A stretch of 64,000 nucleotides of DNA from Elusimicrobiota bacterium (GTDB lineage Bacteria; Elusimicrobiota; Elusimicrobia; UBA1565; UBA9628), in contig JAHFCE010000011.1 in the NCBI GenBank assembly GCA_023249675.1, forward strand, positions 2,466 through 66,465. Direction: 5' to 3'. Each line of letters begins with the position of its first letter. The first letter of the stretch is position 1. Under the pieces are notes generated by a model. It did no database searches. It was not told where the DNA came from and saw only the letters and a program-made list of their open reading frames with translations. Both the position numbers and the translations under genes were made by a program. This document shows, one piece after another, positions 38,178 to 47,105 of this stretch.

Positions 38178-39165
38178 GGCGCAACTCCGAAACGTCGTTG
38201 AAGAAGTGATGAAGGCGCTCGATGCCAAAGGCTTCCTCAAGACCAACAGGTGCGAGTGCGAGAGCGGCCCCAAGGCGCTGAAGGGCGAGGTCAAGACTTC
38301 GGTGGGCAGCGCCGGCAAGGTCTTCGGCAACTCGGCCTCTTGGGGAGCGGCGCCCGCGGTTCCCGGCCAGGGACAGTTTTCCGCACTTCCGCCCAAGGCC
38401 ATCCACGATGAAGACGACGACGACGCGCATGTCGACGCCAAGATCATCCAGGCGGCGGGCGCTTCCCGCGTGTCCGTGTGCAAGCCCACGAAGAAGGGCT
38501 CGGACACCGCCCGCTACGTGGACCACACCTTGCTCAAACCCAACGCGACCCAGGAGGAGATCGGCAAGCTGTGCGACGAGGCCAAAAACTTCTGCTTTGC
38601 CTCGGTGTGCGTGAATCCGTCGTATGTGGCGCTGGCAGCGCAGTTCCTGAAAGGCTCGGGAGTCAAGGTTTGCACCGTCGTCGGCTTTCCGCTCGGCTCC
38701 ACGACTCCGACCGTCAAGGCGATCGAGGCGCGCGATGCGATCGCCAACGGCGCCGATGAGATCGACATGGTCATCAACATCGGTGCTCTCAAGTCCGGCA
38801 ATGATGTGGTGGTCTACGACGACATCAAGGCGGTGCGCGACGCCACGCGCGGCAAGGTTCTCAAGACGATTCTCGAGACCTCGCTGCTGTCGAACGAGGA
38901 GAAGGTGCGCGCCTGTGTCGCGGCGAAGAAGGCGGGTGCCGACTTCGTGAAGACTTCGACTGGTTTCGGCGGCGGCGGCGCCACCGTGGAAGATGTCAAA
39001 CTGATGCGCGAGACCGTGGGCCCGCTGATGGGCGTGAAGGCCTCGGGCGGCATCCGCGACGCGAAGGTCGCGGCGGACATGATCGCGGCGGGCGCAACGC
39101 GCCTGGGCACGTCCGCGAGCATCGCGATCGTCACCGACGCCAAGCCGGAGGGGAAGGGCTACTGA
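38170..39165 (+). CDS. deoC: deoxyribose-phosphate aldolase with N-terminal encapsulation peptide and linker
   Basis: [15 protein letters not shown] helix, about 110-aa extension, then [37 protein letters not shown]. Confidence 0.95.
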   Translation: MTEAQLRNVVEEVMKALDAKGFLKTNRCECESGPKALKGEVKTSVGSAGKVFGNSASWGAAPAVPGQGQFSALPPKAIHDEDDDDAHVDAKIIQAAGASRVSVCKPTKKGSDTARYVDHTLLKPNATQEEIGKLCDEAKNFCFASVCVNPSYVALAAQFLKGSGVKVCTVVGFPLGSTTPTVKAIEARDAIANGADEIDMVINIGALKSGNDVVVYDDIKAVRDATRGKVLKTILETSLLSNEEKVRACVAAKKAGADFVKTSTGFGGGGATVEDVKLMRETVGPLMGVKASGGIRDAKVAADMIAAGATRLGTSASIAIVTDAKPEGKGY

Positions 39166-39173
39166 TTTTAGTG

Positions 39174-39251
39174 GGTGTCAGGCCTATAGTTACTTGAATT
39201 ACTCGTTGATGGATTCCAAGAAACAATTCAAGTAACTATAGGCCTGACACC
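39174..39251. repeat. GTGTCAGGCCTATA-family palindromic element A
   Basis: Perfect 27-bp arms (39174-39200 / 39225-39251) with 24-nt loop. Confidence 0.9.
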
Positions 39252-39274
39252 ACCATCATCAATCGAGGACTAAT

Positions 39275-39595
39275 ATGGCGAAAGAGAAAGACAAGGACGA
39301 GAAGCCGCCGAAACACAAGATCAACATCGACCTGCAGTGCGGCGCCTGCGCGGCGATCATGCACACGTACAGGGACCAGCCCCTGCCGAAGTTCTGCGCG
39401 GGCTGCGGCGCGGGCCTGCAAAAGTTCTGCTTCAAGTGCCACAAGAGGGTTGAGATGTTCTTTGAGGAGTGGTGGCCTGAGGACGACGAGTGTCAGCGGA
39501 CCTACACCACGCCGCGGCGCTGCACGCACTGCAACGCTGTGCTCGAGACGGGCGCCGAGGGCCGTGAAGCCCTCGGCGGAGACGATCCGCAGTAA
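39275..39595 (+). CDS. double zinc-ribbon protein
   Basis: Four CxxC motifs (CGAC, CAGC, CFKC, CTHC); GAGGA SD. Confidence 0.75.
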   Translation: MAKEKDKDEKPPKHKINIDLQCGACAAIMHTYRDQPLPKFCAGCGAGLQKFCFKCHKRVEMFFEEWWPEDDECQRTYTTPRRCTHCNAVLETGAEGREALGGDDPQ

Positions 39596-39606
39596 TGGGG
39601 GAACAG

Positions 39607-39906
39607 ATGGCTGAGATTCGCGAAGCGCTGGGTTTGGTGGAGACGAAGGGTTTTACGGGTATGATCGAGGCGTCGGACGCCATGGCGAAGGCCGCCAAGG
39701 TCCGTCTCGTCGGCTACGAGAAGGTCGGCAACGGTCTCGTCACGACTTTGTGCCGGGGCGAGGTCGGCGCCGTACGCGCCGCCGTCGACGCGGCTGCGGC
39801 GGCCGCCTCGAAGGTCGGCGAGCTTGTCGCGGTGCACGTGATTCCGCGCCCGCACGACGACCTCGAGAAATATATCGATCGAATCGCCATTAAGCTTGAG
39901 CGCTAG
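39607..39906 (+). CDS. BMC-H shell hexamer 2
   Basis: [21 protein letters not shown]...[10 protein letters not shown]...HVIPRPH. Confidence 0.95.
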   Translation: MAEIREALGLVETKGFTGMIEASDAMAKAAKVRLVGYEKVGNGLVTTLCRGEVGAVRAAVDAAAAAASKVGELVAVHVIPRPHDDLEKYIDRIAIKLER

Positions 39907-39911
39907 ATCCG

Positions 39912-40166
39912 TTGCTCACGCGGGATGATCTGATCGACGTCATCGTCGCCGGTTTGGCCAAGGCCAGACCGACGGCGGCTGCGCGCGCTCGGGGTGTGGC
40001 GGATCGGGAGCCCGCGGGTCGACTATTCCTTTCCGAATACGACATAAAAAAGAGGTTGACGCCGGGCGGGCTTCGCCTTACAATTCCCGGGAATGCGATC
40101 CTCAGCCCGTTGGCCGCGGATTGGCTGACGTTGAGAGGAATAGAAGTCATCAGAGAGCTTCCCTGA
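39912..40166 (+). CDS. small BMC-associated protein with encapsulation-peptide-like N-terminus
   Basis: RDDLIDVIVAGLAK helix; FLSEYDIK...AILSPLAADWL..GIEV resembles the small domain seen in BMC-locus proteins such as the EutQ N-terminus. Confidence 0.65.
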   Translation: MLTRDDLIDVIVAGLAKARPTAAARARGVADREPAGRLFLSEYDIKKRLTPGGLRLTIPGNAILSPLAADWLTLRGIEVIRELP

Positions 40167-40167
40167 C

Positions 40168-41253
40168 ATGGCGATCGACATCAAGAACCTGCTGACGTTG
40201 ATGGTGCAGAAAGACATTTCGGACATTCATTTCAAGGCGGATTCCGCGCCGGCTCTGCGCGTGCGCGGCGCCATGATCCTGGCGAGCAATCTCCAGAAAA
40301 TGACGGCCGACGACATCAAGGCCGTCGCCTGCCAGTTGATGAATAAGGAGCAGGCGGCCGAGTTCGAAAAGACGATGGAGCTCGACCTCGCCTACAGCCT
40401 CGAGGGCCTTGCGCGCTTCCGCGTCAACGTGTACCGCCAGAAGGGGTCGCTCGGCCTGACCCTGCGCGTCGTGCCGATGAAGCTGCGTACTTTCGAGGAG
40501 CTGTGTCTGCCTGTCGAGGCGCTGAGAAAATTAGGGAACGAAAGTCGCGGCTTGATCCTTTTCACCGGCATCACGGGCGCGGGCAAGACCACGACGCTCA
40601 ACAGCTTTCTGCATTACCTCAATAACAACCATCAGTACCGCATCATCACGATTGAAGATCCGATCGAGTTCTATCACGCGGATGTAAAATCCACGATCGT
40701 CCAACGCGAGGTCGGCCTCGATACGCATTCGTTCGGCTCGGCGCTTAAGCACATTCTCCGTCAGGATCCTGATGTCGTCGTCATCGGCGAGATGCGCGAC
40801 CTCGAGACCATGCAGGCCGCGATCGCCGCGGCTGAGACCGGCCACCTTGTGCTTTCGACCGTGCACACGCTCGACGCGATGCAGACCGTGGACCGCATCG
40901 TGGACGCGCATCCGGCGCATCAGCATGCGCAGGTTCGCCAGCAGCTCGCGAACTGTCTCAAGGGCGTCATCGGTCAGCGCCTTGTGCTGTCGAAAGACGG
41001 CAAGAGCCGCTTTCCCGCGACCGAGATCATGATTGCCAACAGCTTGGTGCGCCGGCACCTGCTTGAGGGCAAGACCGCCGAGATTCGCAAGGTGCTCGAG
41101 GGCGGGGAATATTACGGCATGCACACCTTCGACCAGGATCTTCTGCGCTTGTACAGCGAGGGGAAGATCGAGGACACGGTGGTCCTCGAAGAGGCCACCA
41201 ACTCCGAGGACGTGGCCCTGCGCCTGAAGGGTCTTGCGGTCGGCGGCGCCTGA
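40168..41253 (+). CDS. pilT: type IV pilus retraction ATPase PilT/PilU family
   Basis: SDIHF, RFRVNVY, TGITGAGKTTT, TIEDPIE, QREVG, LRQDPD..IGEMRD, AAETGHLV.STVHT. Confidence 0.9.
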   Translation: MAIDIKNLLTLMVQKDISDIHFKADSAPALRVRGAMILASNLQKMTADDIKAVACQLMNKEQAAEFEKTMELDLAYSLEGLARFRVNVYRQKGSLGLTLRVVPMKLRTFEELCLPVEALRKLGNESRGLILFTGITGAGKTTTLNSFLHYLNNNHQYRIITIEDPIEFYHADVKSTIVQREVGLDTHSFGSALKHILRQDPDVVVIGEMRDLETMQAAIAAAETGHLVLSTVHTLDAMQTVDRIVDAHPAHQHAQVRQQLANCLKGVIGQRLVLSKDGKSRFPATEIMIANSLVRRHLLEGKTAEIRKVLEGGEYYGMHTFDQDLLRLYSEGKIEDTVVLEEATNSEDVALRLKGLAVGGA

Positions 41254-41254
41254 G

Positions 41255-42034
41255 ATGGCGGACGAGCCGAAGAAGGAGCATCCCGAGGAGATCGAGGCTA
41301 TTCTCTCGGACTTGGACGCGATTCTCGCCAAGCCGTCCGATGTGCAATCCGCGCCTAAACCTGCGGAGCCTGCGAAGGAGCTGCCGAAGATCGAGGCCCC
41401 CGTGCCCAAGCCCGAACCGCCGAAGGCGGCGCCGGCGCCGCCGGCGACTCCGGCCAAGACGCCGCCGAGTATCGAGCTTGCGCCGCGCGAAGGGATGATC
41501 AAGCCTCCGGAGAAGAAGCCCGAGCCTTCGAAGCCGGCGTCGTCTGCACCCGCGTCTATGGCCGCGCCCACGCCCGCGCCCGCGCCCGCGCCTGCGGCTG
41601 CGTCTGTTCCTGCGCCCCTCGGCGCACCCGCCAAGACTGAAGCGCTTCCGGCGGACGCGCCCAAGGAGCAGATCCGCCGCGTGGCCTACATCTACACGTC
41701 CCCGTGTTCCGAGGCGAAGACGGCTTTTGCCGTGTTCTTGACCCAGGCCGCGCGGACGATCTCGAAGAAGCCGCTGTTCTTGCGTGAGGTTCTATCGCAC
41801 GAGGTTTCCTCCGCGAGCGATCCAAACGCCGTACTGCAGAAAGCGCTGCAGGCGAAGGCGGCCGCCATTCTGGCCGTCGTTGAAGATTGGCCTGCGGCGA
41901 AGGTGGATGAATTGTCCGAGGCGTGCGTGCGCGCGAACGTGTTGTTTCGCACCGTGACGCCGGCAGACGCCCAGAAGAAATCCACGGCGGTCGACATTAT
42001 CGTGGACATGATGCTCCTGCCGGGAGAGGGCTGA
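41255..42034 (+). CDS. hypothetical protein: acidic N-terminal helix, Pro/Ala-rich linker, alpha/beta C-terminal domain
   Basis: About 259-aa ORF abutting pilT and the next gene. Confidence 0.75.
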   Translation: MADEPKKEHPEEIEAILSDLDAILAKPSDVQSAPKPAEPAKELPKIEAPVPKPEPPKAAPAPPATPAKTPPSIELAPREGMIKPPEKKPEPSKPASSAPASMAAPTPAPAPAPAAASVPAPLGAPAKTEALPADAPKEQIRRVAYIYTSPCSEAKTAFAVFLTQAARTISKKPLFLREVLSHEVSSASDPNAVLQKALQAKAAAILAVVEDWPAAKVDELSEACVRANVLFRTVTPADAQKKSTAVDIIVDMMLLPGEG

Positions 42035-43629
42035 TGGAGCGCTGGGAGATTCGGGCCGCTGCGAACGCCGATGACCCGCAGAGGCATCTCCTGCTGCTGC
42101 GCGGCGGCGCCGCGGACGTTGCCGCGATTCTGAAGAAATTCGGTGCGTTGTGCGGCCGCCCCACGCCGCTTGACGGCGACGAGTTCAATTTGAGCTTCGT
42201 GTTGCACAAGGTGACGCCTCAGGTGCGCGAGAAGCTTAACGTCTGGCTTGGCCAGAGGTGTCCGCAGTCTGCGTCGACCTCTATTCCGCCGCCTCCTCCT
42301 CCTCCTCCGGCGAAAGAGCCCTTGATCTCCTTGGGGCCGGAGGCCGTGATGACGCCGCCCGCGCCGATAATTTCCCCACCCGCTGCCGCGTCGCCCGCTG
42401 CCGCGTCGCCCGCTCCCACTCCTGTTCCTGCCGGCGCCGCCGCGACGTCATTGACCGAAGAGCTGCGCGCGGACTGGACGTTCGAGACCTTGCTCGTCGG
42501 CGCGTACAATCGCTTTGCGCACGCGGCGGCCATGTCCGTGGTGAGCTCTCCTGGTTCGATGTACAACCCTCTTTTCCTGTACGGTGTGCCGGGCACCGGA
42601 AAGTCGCACCTCTTGTACGCGATCGCCAACTCCCTGTCGAAGGGCCTTGGCACCGCGTCATTGCTGCTGACCTCGGGCGCTCGCCTGTCGCGCGCGGTGA
42701 GCGCTGCCGCCGCGCGCGGATCCATGGCGGCGATCGACAAAAAGACGGCGGATTCCAAGGCGATTTTTGTCGATGACATCCACCTGCTCGCGGTGACCGA
42801 CCAGAACAAGGATCTGCTTGCGAAGCTCTTCAAGTCCTTCTTCGACCGCGGCCAGCAGGTCGTCCTGACTTCGATGTACCCGCCGAAGGCTCTGGGCGCG
42901 CTTGAGGAGGCACTGAAGTTCACGTTCTCGAAGGGCTGGTCTGTGGACCTGAAGATTCCAAGTCCAAACGTGCAGCGCGATCTCGTCGCGGCCGTGGCCG
43001 ATCGCGTGGGCGCCCAGCTGAGCGGCGACGAGATTGGACAGCTCGCCGACAAGTTGACGGTGTGGGGCTATCAGGATCTGACGCTGTGGGCCAAGCGCCT
43101 TGCTGTTCTGCGCAAGATGCGCGCGGCCGCAGGTCAGCCTGCGCCCCTGATGGACCTGTTGCGCCTCATCTACGAGCCGATCGCCATCGGCTCGGAGTCT
43201 CCGGCCGTGTCGACGGCGGGGGCCCAGTTTACGCCGCCCGCGGCGCCGGCCGGTTCGCAGCCGCTGGCGATCATCGTGCCGCAGGGGCAGGAAGGTCTCG
43301 GGGCCTACGCCGCCAACTTGCTGCGCGAAGCGGGCGCTAAGAACGGCTTCACCCGCGCCTACAACTACGCGCTGATGGGGACGTACGACGCGATGCAGCA
43401 GGTCGGCGTTCCCTTCCAGATCGCCGACATGTGCCACCGGGCCGGCGTTGCGCGCGCGCTCATCGTCGGTCCCGGCCCCGACTCGCCGTTGGCCCCGCGC
43501 GCGAATGAATTCGGCCATGCGGTGCGCCGCATCCTCGACAGCTCCGAAGTGCCGACGGGCCTAATTCCGCACGCTCAGCTGCAGATCGCGGCCCACTACA
43601 TCAACGCGCATCTCGACTTCGAAAAATGA
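42034..43629 (+). CDS. DnaA/Hda-like AAA+ ATPase with novel flanking domains
   Basis: TFETLLVGAYNRFAHAAA, YNPLFLYGVPGTGKSHLL, VDDIH, QVVLTS..PP; no DnaA domain IV. Confidence 0.8.
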   Translation: MERWEIRAAANADDPQRHLLLLRGGAADVAAILKKFGALCGRPTPLDGDEFNLSFVLHKVTPQVREKLNVWLGQRCPQSASTSIPPPPPPPPAKEPLISLGPEAVMTPPAPIISPPAAASPAAASPAPTPVPAGAAATSLTEELRADWTFETLLVGAYNRFAHAAAMSVVSSPGSMYNPLFLYGVPGTGKSHLLYAIANSLSKGLGTASLLLTSGARLSRAVSAAAARGSMAAIDKKTADSKAIFVDDIHLLAVTDQNKDLLAKLFKSFFDRGQQVVLTSMYPPKALGALEEALKFTFSKGWSVDLKIPSPNVQRDLVAAVADRVGAQLSGDEIGQLADKLTVWGYQDLTLWAKRLAVLRKMRAAAGQPAPLMDLLRLIYEPIAIGSESPAVSTAGAQFTPPAAPAGSQPLAIIVPQGQEGLGAYAANLLREAGAKNGFTRAYNYALMGTYDAMQQVGVPFQIADMCHRAGVARALIVGPGPDSPLAPRANEFGHAVRRILDSSEVPTGLIPHAQLQIAAHYINAHLDFEK

Positions 43630-43644
43630 CCGGAGCCGCCGCCG

Positions 43645-44820
43645 GTGACGGAACAATTTGCCACCCTCAATCGTCTAAAGGGTGAGTTCACCGCGCAATC
43701 AATGGAATTGACCGCCATCGCGAAGGCCGCATCGAAAAGGCTGTCGGGGTTTGTCCCCGGCGCGCTCGTCGCCGTCCTGGCGTCCCTTCTTCTCGGTGCG
43801 TGCGCTTTTGGGCATCTGAAGCCCGGTCTCACGAAGGAAGGCTTCGCCGTCGCCGTTGCCGCGCCGACCTTGGATGAGGCGCGACGCCTTGCGGTGAAGG
43901 GCGCTCTCGACCTGTTCCTGGCGCCCGGCTCCACGGCGGCGGTAAAAATATCGGAGACCTTCGGCGGGCGGGCCGCCGACTTCACCGGACGTACGCGCTT
44001 TAAAAAAGGCAGGGGCGTCATCGAAGTGCGTTTTACGCAATTCCTGCTCGCCCTGGACAAGGAAGGCCTTCTGCGGCCGGAGGGCTTCACATCGCAGGCG
44101 CCGCGCGTGCTGCTCCTCGTGTCGGAGCCCTCGGTCGTCCTTGATCTCGGCGTGGGGCCCGCCGCCGACGCCCTGCGTCGCGGCCTGTCCGCTTACGGGC
44201 TGACGGCTGTCGACGGGCGCGACGAGCTGAACGATTTTCTGGCCAAGGGAAAGGATCCCGCGGCGCTTGCCGCAGGCGCCGCGCGTCTTGGCGCCGACTG
44301 GATGCTCATTGCGGCCGCTTCCGCGGGCGCCGAGCTTGATTTGGTGACCGGCACGTGGCGGGGCCGCGCGAGCCTCGTCGCCGACCAGTACGAGGTCAAG
44401 AACGCCGTGCCCGTCGGCCAAATCCAGTCTGACGCGGCGGTGCTGGATGTCTCGTCCGCCGCGGCTCGCGGCAAGGCCCTCGACCAGGCCGGGGAGGAAG
44501 CGGCGTCCAAGGTCGCGGCGATGATCACGCGCAGGCGAAGCGGCCGCTCGGAAGGAGCTGTTTTCGTTGTGGGCGGCTCCGATCTCAGCCGCCTGAAGGC
44601 GCTGCTCGCCGCCGTGCGCGGCGTGGAGGGCGTGGCGGGCGCGTATCTGGGAGTTTGGCGGGGCGAGGAGGAGACCGTGATCCTGCGCGTGTTCATGACC
44701 GGGCTCAAGATCGACGGCCTGGCGGCGCGCCTCCTGCGCCGCGACCCGTCTCTCACCTTGCTGTCGGTCGAGGCCGAGGACGGGCGGCTCGCGGTTGAAC
44801 TGCCCGGGAGGTCCGAATGA
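43645..44820 (+). CDS. hypothetical exported protein / lipoprotein
   Basis: Hydrophobic segment ending LLGAC (lipobox-like); true start uncertain. Confidence 0.6.
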   Translation: MTEQFATLNRLKGEFTAQSMELTAIAKAASKRLSGFVPGALVAVLASLLLGACAFGHLKPGLTKEGFAVAVAAPTLDEARRLAVKGALDLFLAPGSTAAVKISETFGGRAADFTGRTRFKKGRGVIEVRFTQFLLALDKEGLLRPEGFTSQAPRVLLLVSEPSVVLDLGVGPAADALRRGLSAYGLTAVDGRDELNDFLAKGKDPAALAAGAARLGADWMLIAAASAGAELDLVTGTWRGRASLVADQYEVKNAVPVGQIQSDAAVLDVSSAAARGKALDQAGEEAASKVAAMITRRRSGRSEGAVFVVGGSDLSRLKALLAAVRGVEGVAGAYLGVWRGEEETVILRVFMTGLKIDGLAARLLRRDPSLTLLSVEAEDGRLAVELPGRSE

Positions 44821-46370
44821 GCCTCGCGCGCGTGCAGGCCATGGGCCTCAAGGGCGTCGAGGGTTATCCCGTCCTCGTCGAACTCGATCTCGCCAACGGC
44901 CTGCCCAATTTCGCGACCGTGGGCCTTCCCGACCATGCCGTGCGCGAAGCGCGCGAGCGCGTCGTCGCGGCCCTGCGCAATTCCGGCTACGCGGTGCCCA
45001 ACCGCCGCGTCACCGTCAATCTCTCGCCCGCGCGCCCCCGCAAACAGGGCAGTCATTACGAGTTGCCGATCGCGCTCGCGCTGTTGACCGCTTCCGGCCA
45101 GGTCGCCGCAGGCGCCTGGACGAGGCGCTGGTGCGTGGTCGGGGAGCTTTCTCTTGACGGGCGCGTTCAGCCGGTCTCGGGCGTGCTCGCGATGGCCGCT
45201 CGCGCCAAGGCCGTGGGCTTTGCGGCGATCATGGTGCCGGAGGCGAATGCCGAGGAGGCGCGCGCGGCCGGCATCGAGGCGCTGCCCGTCGCCGACCTGC
45301 GCGAGGCGGCCGAGCTTGCGGGCGGCGCGCCGCCGCGGCCGCGGGCTTTGGCGGCCCAAGCCGCGTCTCCAGGCGTCTCCGCTCCCGATCTCTCCGATGT
45401 GCGCGGCCAGTTCGCGGCCAAGCGCGCGCTCGAGCTCGCCGCGGCCGGCGGACACAATCTCCTGTTCGTCGGCGCGCCGGGCACGGGCAAGTCCATGCTT
45501 GCGCGCCGTCTGCCGGGTATCCTCCCGCCGCTGACGGATACGGAGGCCCTTGAGATCACGCTGGTCCAGTCGGCGATTGGGCGCGCGACGCCCGGCCTCG
45601 TGCGGGAGCGCCCTTTTCGCGCCCCGCATCACGGCACTTCCGCGGCCGCCTTGATCGGCGGCGGGCCCGCCGCGCGGGCGGGGGAAGTCTGCCTCGCTCA
45701 CGGCGGCGTTCTGTTTCTCGATGAGCTCGCCGAGTTCCCCCGGCCGGCCCTCGAGGCCTTGCGCCAGCCGCTCGAGGACCGCTGTGTGAGCGTCGCACGC
45801 GCGAGGGAAACCGTCGAGTACCCGTCGCGCTTCACGCTTGTGGCGGCGGCCAACCCGTGCCCGTGCGGCTGGCGCGGCCACCCGCGCAAGACGTGCGTGT
45901 GCTCTCCGGTGGACATCGGGCGCTACCTGGCCCGTCTTTCGGGGCCTTTGATCGACCGCATCGATCTGCAGATCGAGACGCCGGCCGTTGCGTTCGGCGA
46001 TTGGGCGGCCGCGACCTCAACGGGTGAATCGTCCGCGATTGTGCGCGCTCGCGTGAGCGCCGCTCGCGAGCGCCAGCGGGCGCGGTGGACGGAATCCCCC
46101 GCGCCCCTGAATGCTTTCGTCGACGCGGTCGTGTTTCGCCGCGGTGCGCGCGTGTGCCCGGAGGCGCTCGACGCCTTGGCCGCCGCCGAGCGCAAGACGG
46201 CTTTGTCCGCGCGCGCTCTCGACCGCATCCTGCGCGTGGCCCGCACGATCGCGGATGTATCGGAACGCGAGGAAGTGGGGGTCTCCGACGTTTTGGAAGC
46301 TGCCTCGTTGCGCGGCCTCGACCGTTTACGGGCGGGTCTGAAGGATCCTAATTTGGAGGCCGTCGCGTGA
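44817..46370 (+). CDS. comM: ComM/YifB Mg-chelatase-like AAA ATPase
   Basis: VGLPD.AVRE.RERV, GELSLDG, GGHNLL..GAPGTGKSMLA, FRAPHH, LFLDE, ANPCPCG, SGPLIDRID. Confidence 0.93.
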   Translation: MSLARVQAMGLKGVEGYPVLVELDLANGLPNFATVGLPDHAVREARERVVAALRNSGYAVPNRRVTVNLSPARPRKQGSHYELPIALALLTASGQVAAGAWTRRWCVVGELSLDGRVQPVSGVLAMAARAKAVGFAAIMVPEANAEEARAAGIEALPVADLREAAELAGGAPPRPRALAAQAASPGVSAPDLSDVRGQFAAKRALELAAAGGHNLLFVGAPGTGKSMLARRLPGILPPLTDTEALEITLVQSAIGRATPGLVRERPFRAPHHGTSAAALIGGGPAARAGEVCLAHGGVLFLDELAEFPRPALEALRQPLEDRCVSVARARETVEYPSRFTLVAAANPCPCGWRGHPRKTCVCSPVDIGRYLARLSGPLIDRIDLQIETPAVAFGDWAAATSTGESSAIVRARVSAARERQRARWTESPAPLNAFVDAVVFRRGARVCPEALDALAAAERKTALSARALDRILRVARTIADVSEREEVGVSDVLEAASLRGLDRLRAGLKDPNLEAVA

Positions 46371-46750
46371 AGAAACTCATCGTCATCTTTGCCGTGCTGT
46401 ACGGGACGTATTGGTACGCCAGCCGGAGCTTTCATTTCGCGGACACCTTGGCCTACGCGAGGAAGAACCCGCGGGCTTCCTGGGCGCCGGCCGCGGACTA
46501 CTATGTCGGCCTCGTCTACTATCAGCGCGCCGAATACGTGAAGTCCCAGGAGGCTTTCACCCAGCTTCTCGCGGACTACGCGACGGGCCCTTACACCGCG
46601 AAAGGGCTGCTGCGCCTTGCCTCGGCCGCCGAGGAAAATCGAGACTACGGCGTCGCGCGCCAGTCGTTGGAACGCTTCATCGAGGAGTTTCCCGACCACA
46701 AGGACAAACGGATCGCCGAACAGCGGCTGGAGAACATTAAATTCAAATGA
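46367..46750 (+). CDS. TPR (BamD/YfiO-like) membrane-anchored protein
   Basis: N-terminal TM; ADYYVGLVYY...F..LLADY..G and LERFIEEFP TPR patterns. Confidence 0.7.
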   Translation: MKKLIVIFAVLYGTYWYASRSFHFADTLAYARKNPRASWAPAADYYVGLVYYQRAEYVKSQEAFTQLLADYATGPYTAKGLLRLASAAEENRDYGVARQSLERFIEEFPDHKDKRIAEQRLENIKFK

Positions 46751-47103
46751 GCGCGCTCCCTCCGTTTTCCCGCCTTGTCATGGACGCGATGACGCGCCGC
46801 GGTCTGGGCCTGCGCGAGTTGTGCCGCCAAGCGCGTCTTGATCCGTCGTTTCTCTCCAAAGTATTGGCGGGCAAGCGCAATCCCCCGGCGGAAGAGGAAG
46901 TCTTGCGGCGCATCGCCGCGGCGTTGGAAACCGACGCCGTGGAATTGGTCGTGGCCGCTGGACGCATTCCCTCGGAGTGGAAGAATTTGACGACCAATGG
47001 CGAGCTCCTGCGCCGCGTCGACGCCATGGCGAATTCTGGTCATCCTCGAAAAAATATTTCGTTGCCGTTTCCGTCCAAGCCGTTCAACGAGGAGCTGCTT
47101 TAG
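46747..47103 (+). CDS. XRE-family HTH protein
   Basis: GLGLRELCRQARLDPSFLSKVLAGKRNPP...LRRIAAAL. Confidence 0.82.
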   Translation: MSALPPFSRLVMDAMTRRGLGLRELCRQARLDPSFLSKVLAGKRNPPAEEEVLRRIAAALETDAVELVVAAGRIPSEWKNLTTNGELLRRVDAMANSGHPRKNISLPFPSKPFNEELL

Positions 47104-47105
47104 CC

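Noticed and set aside
42379-42414. 15-bp tandem repeat (CCCGCTGCCGCGTCG)
   Set aside because: In-frame duplication encoding PAAAS in a Pro/Ala linker; ordinary low-complexity sequence
42034-43629. Chromosomal dnaA / oriC
   Set aside because: No domain IV, no dnaN or gyrB neighbours, and no cluster of DnaA boxes
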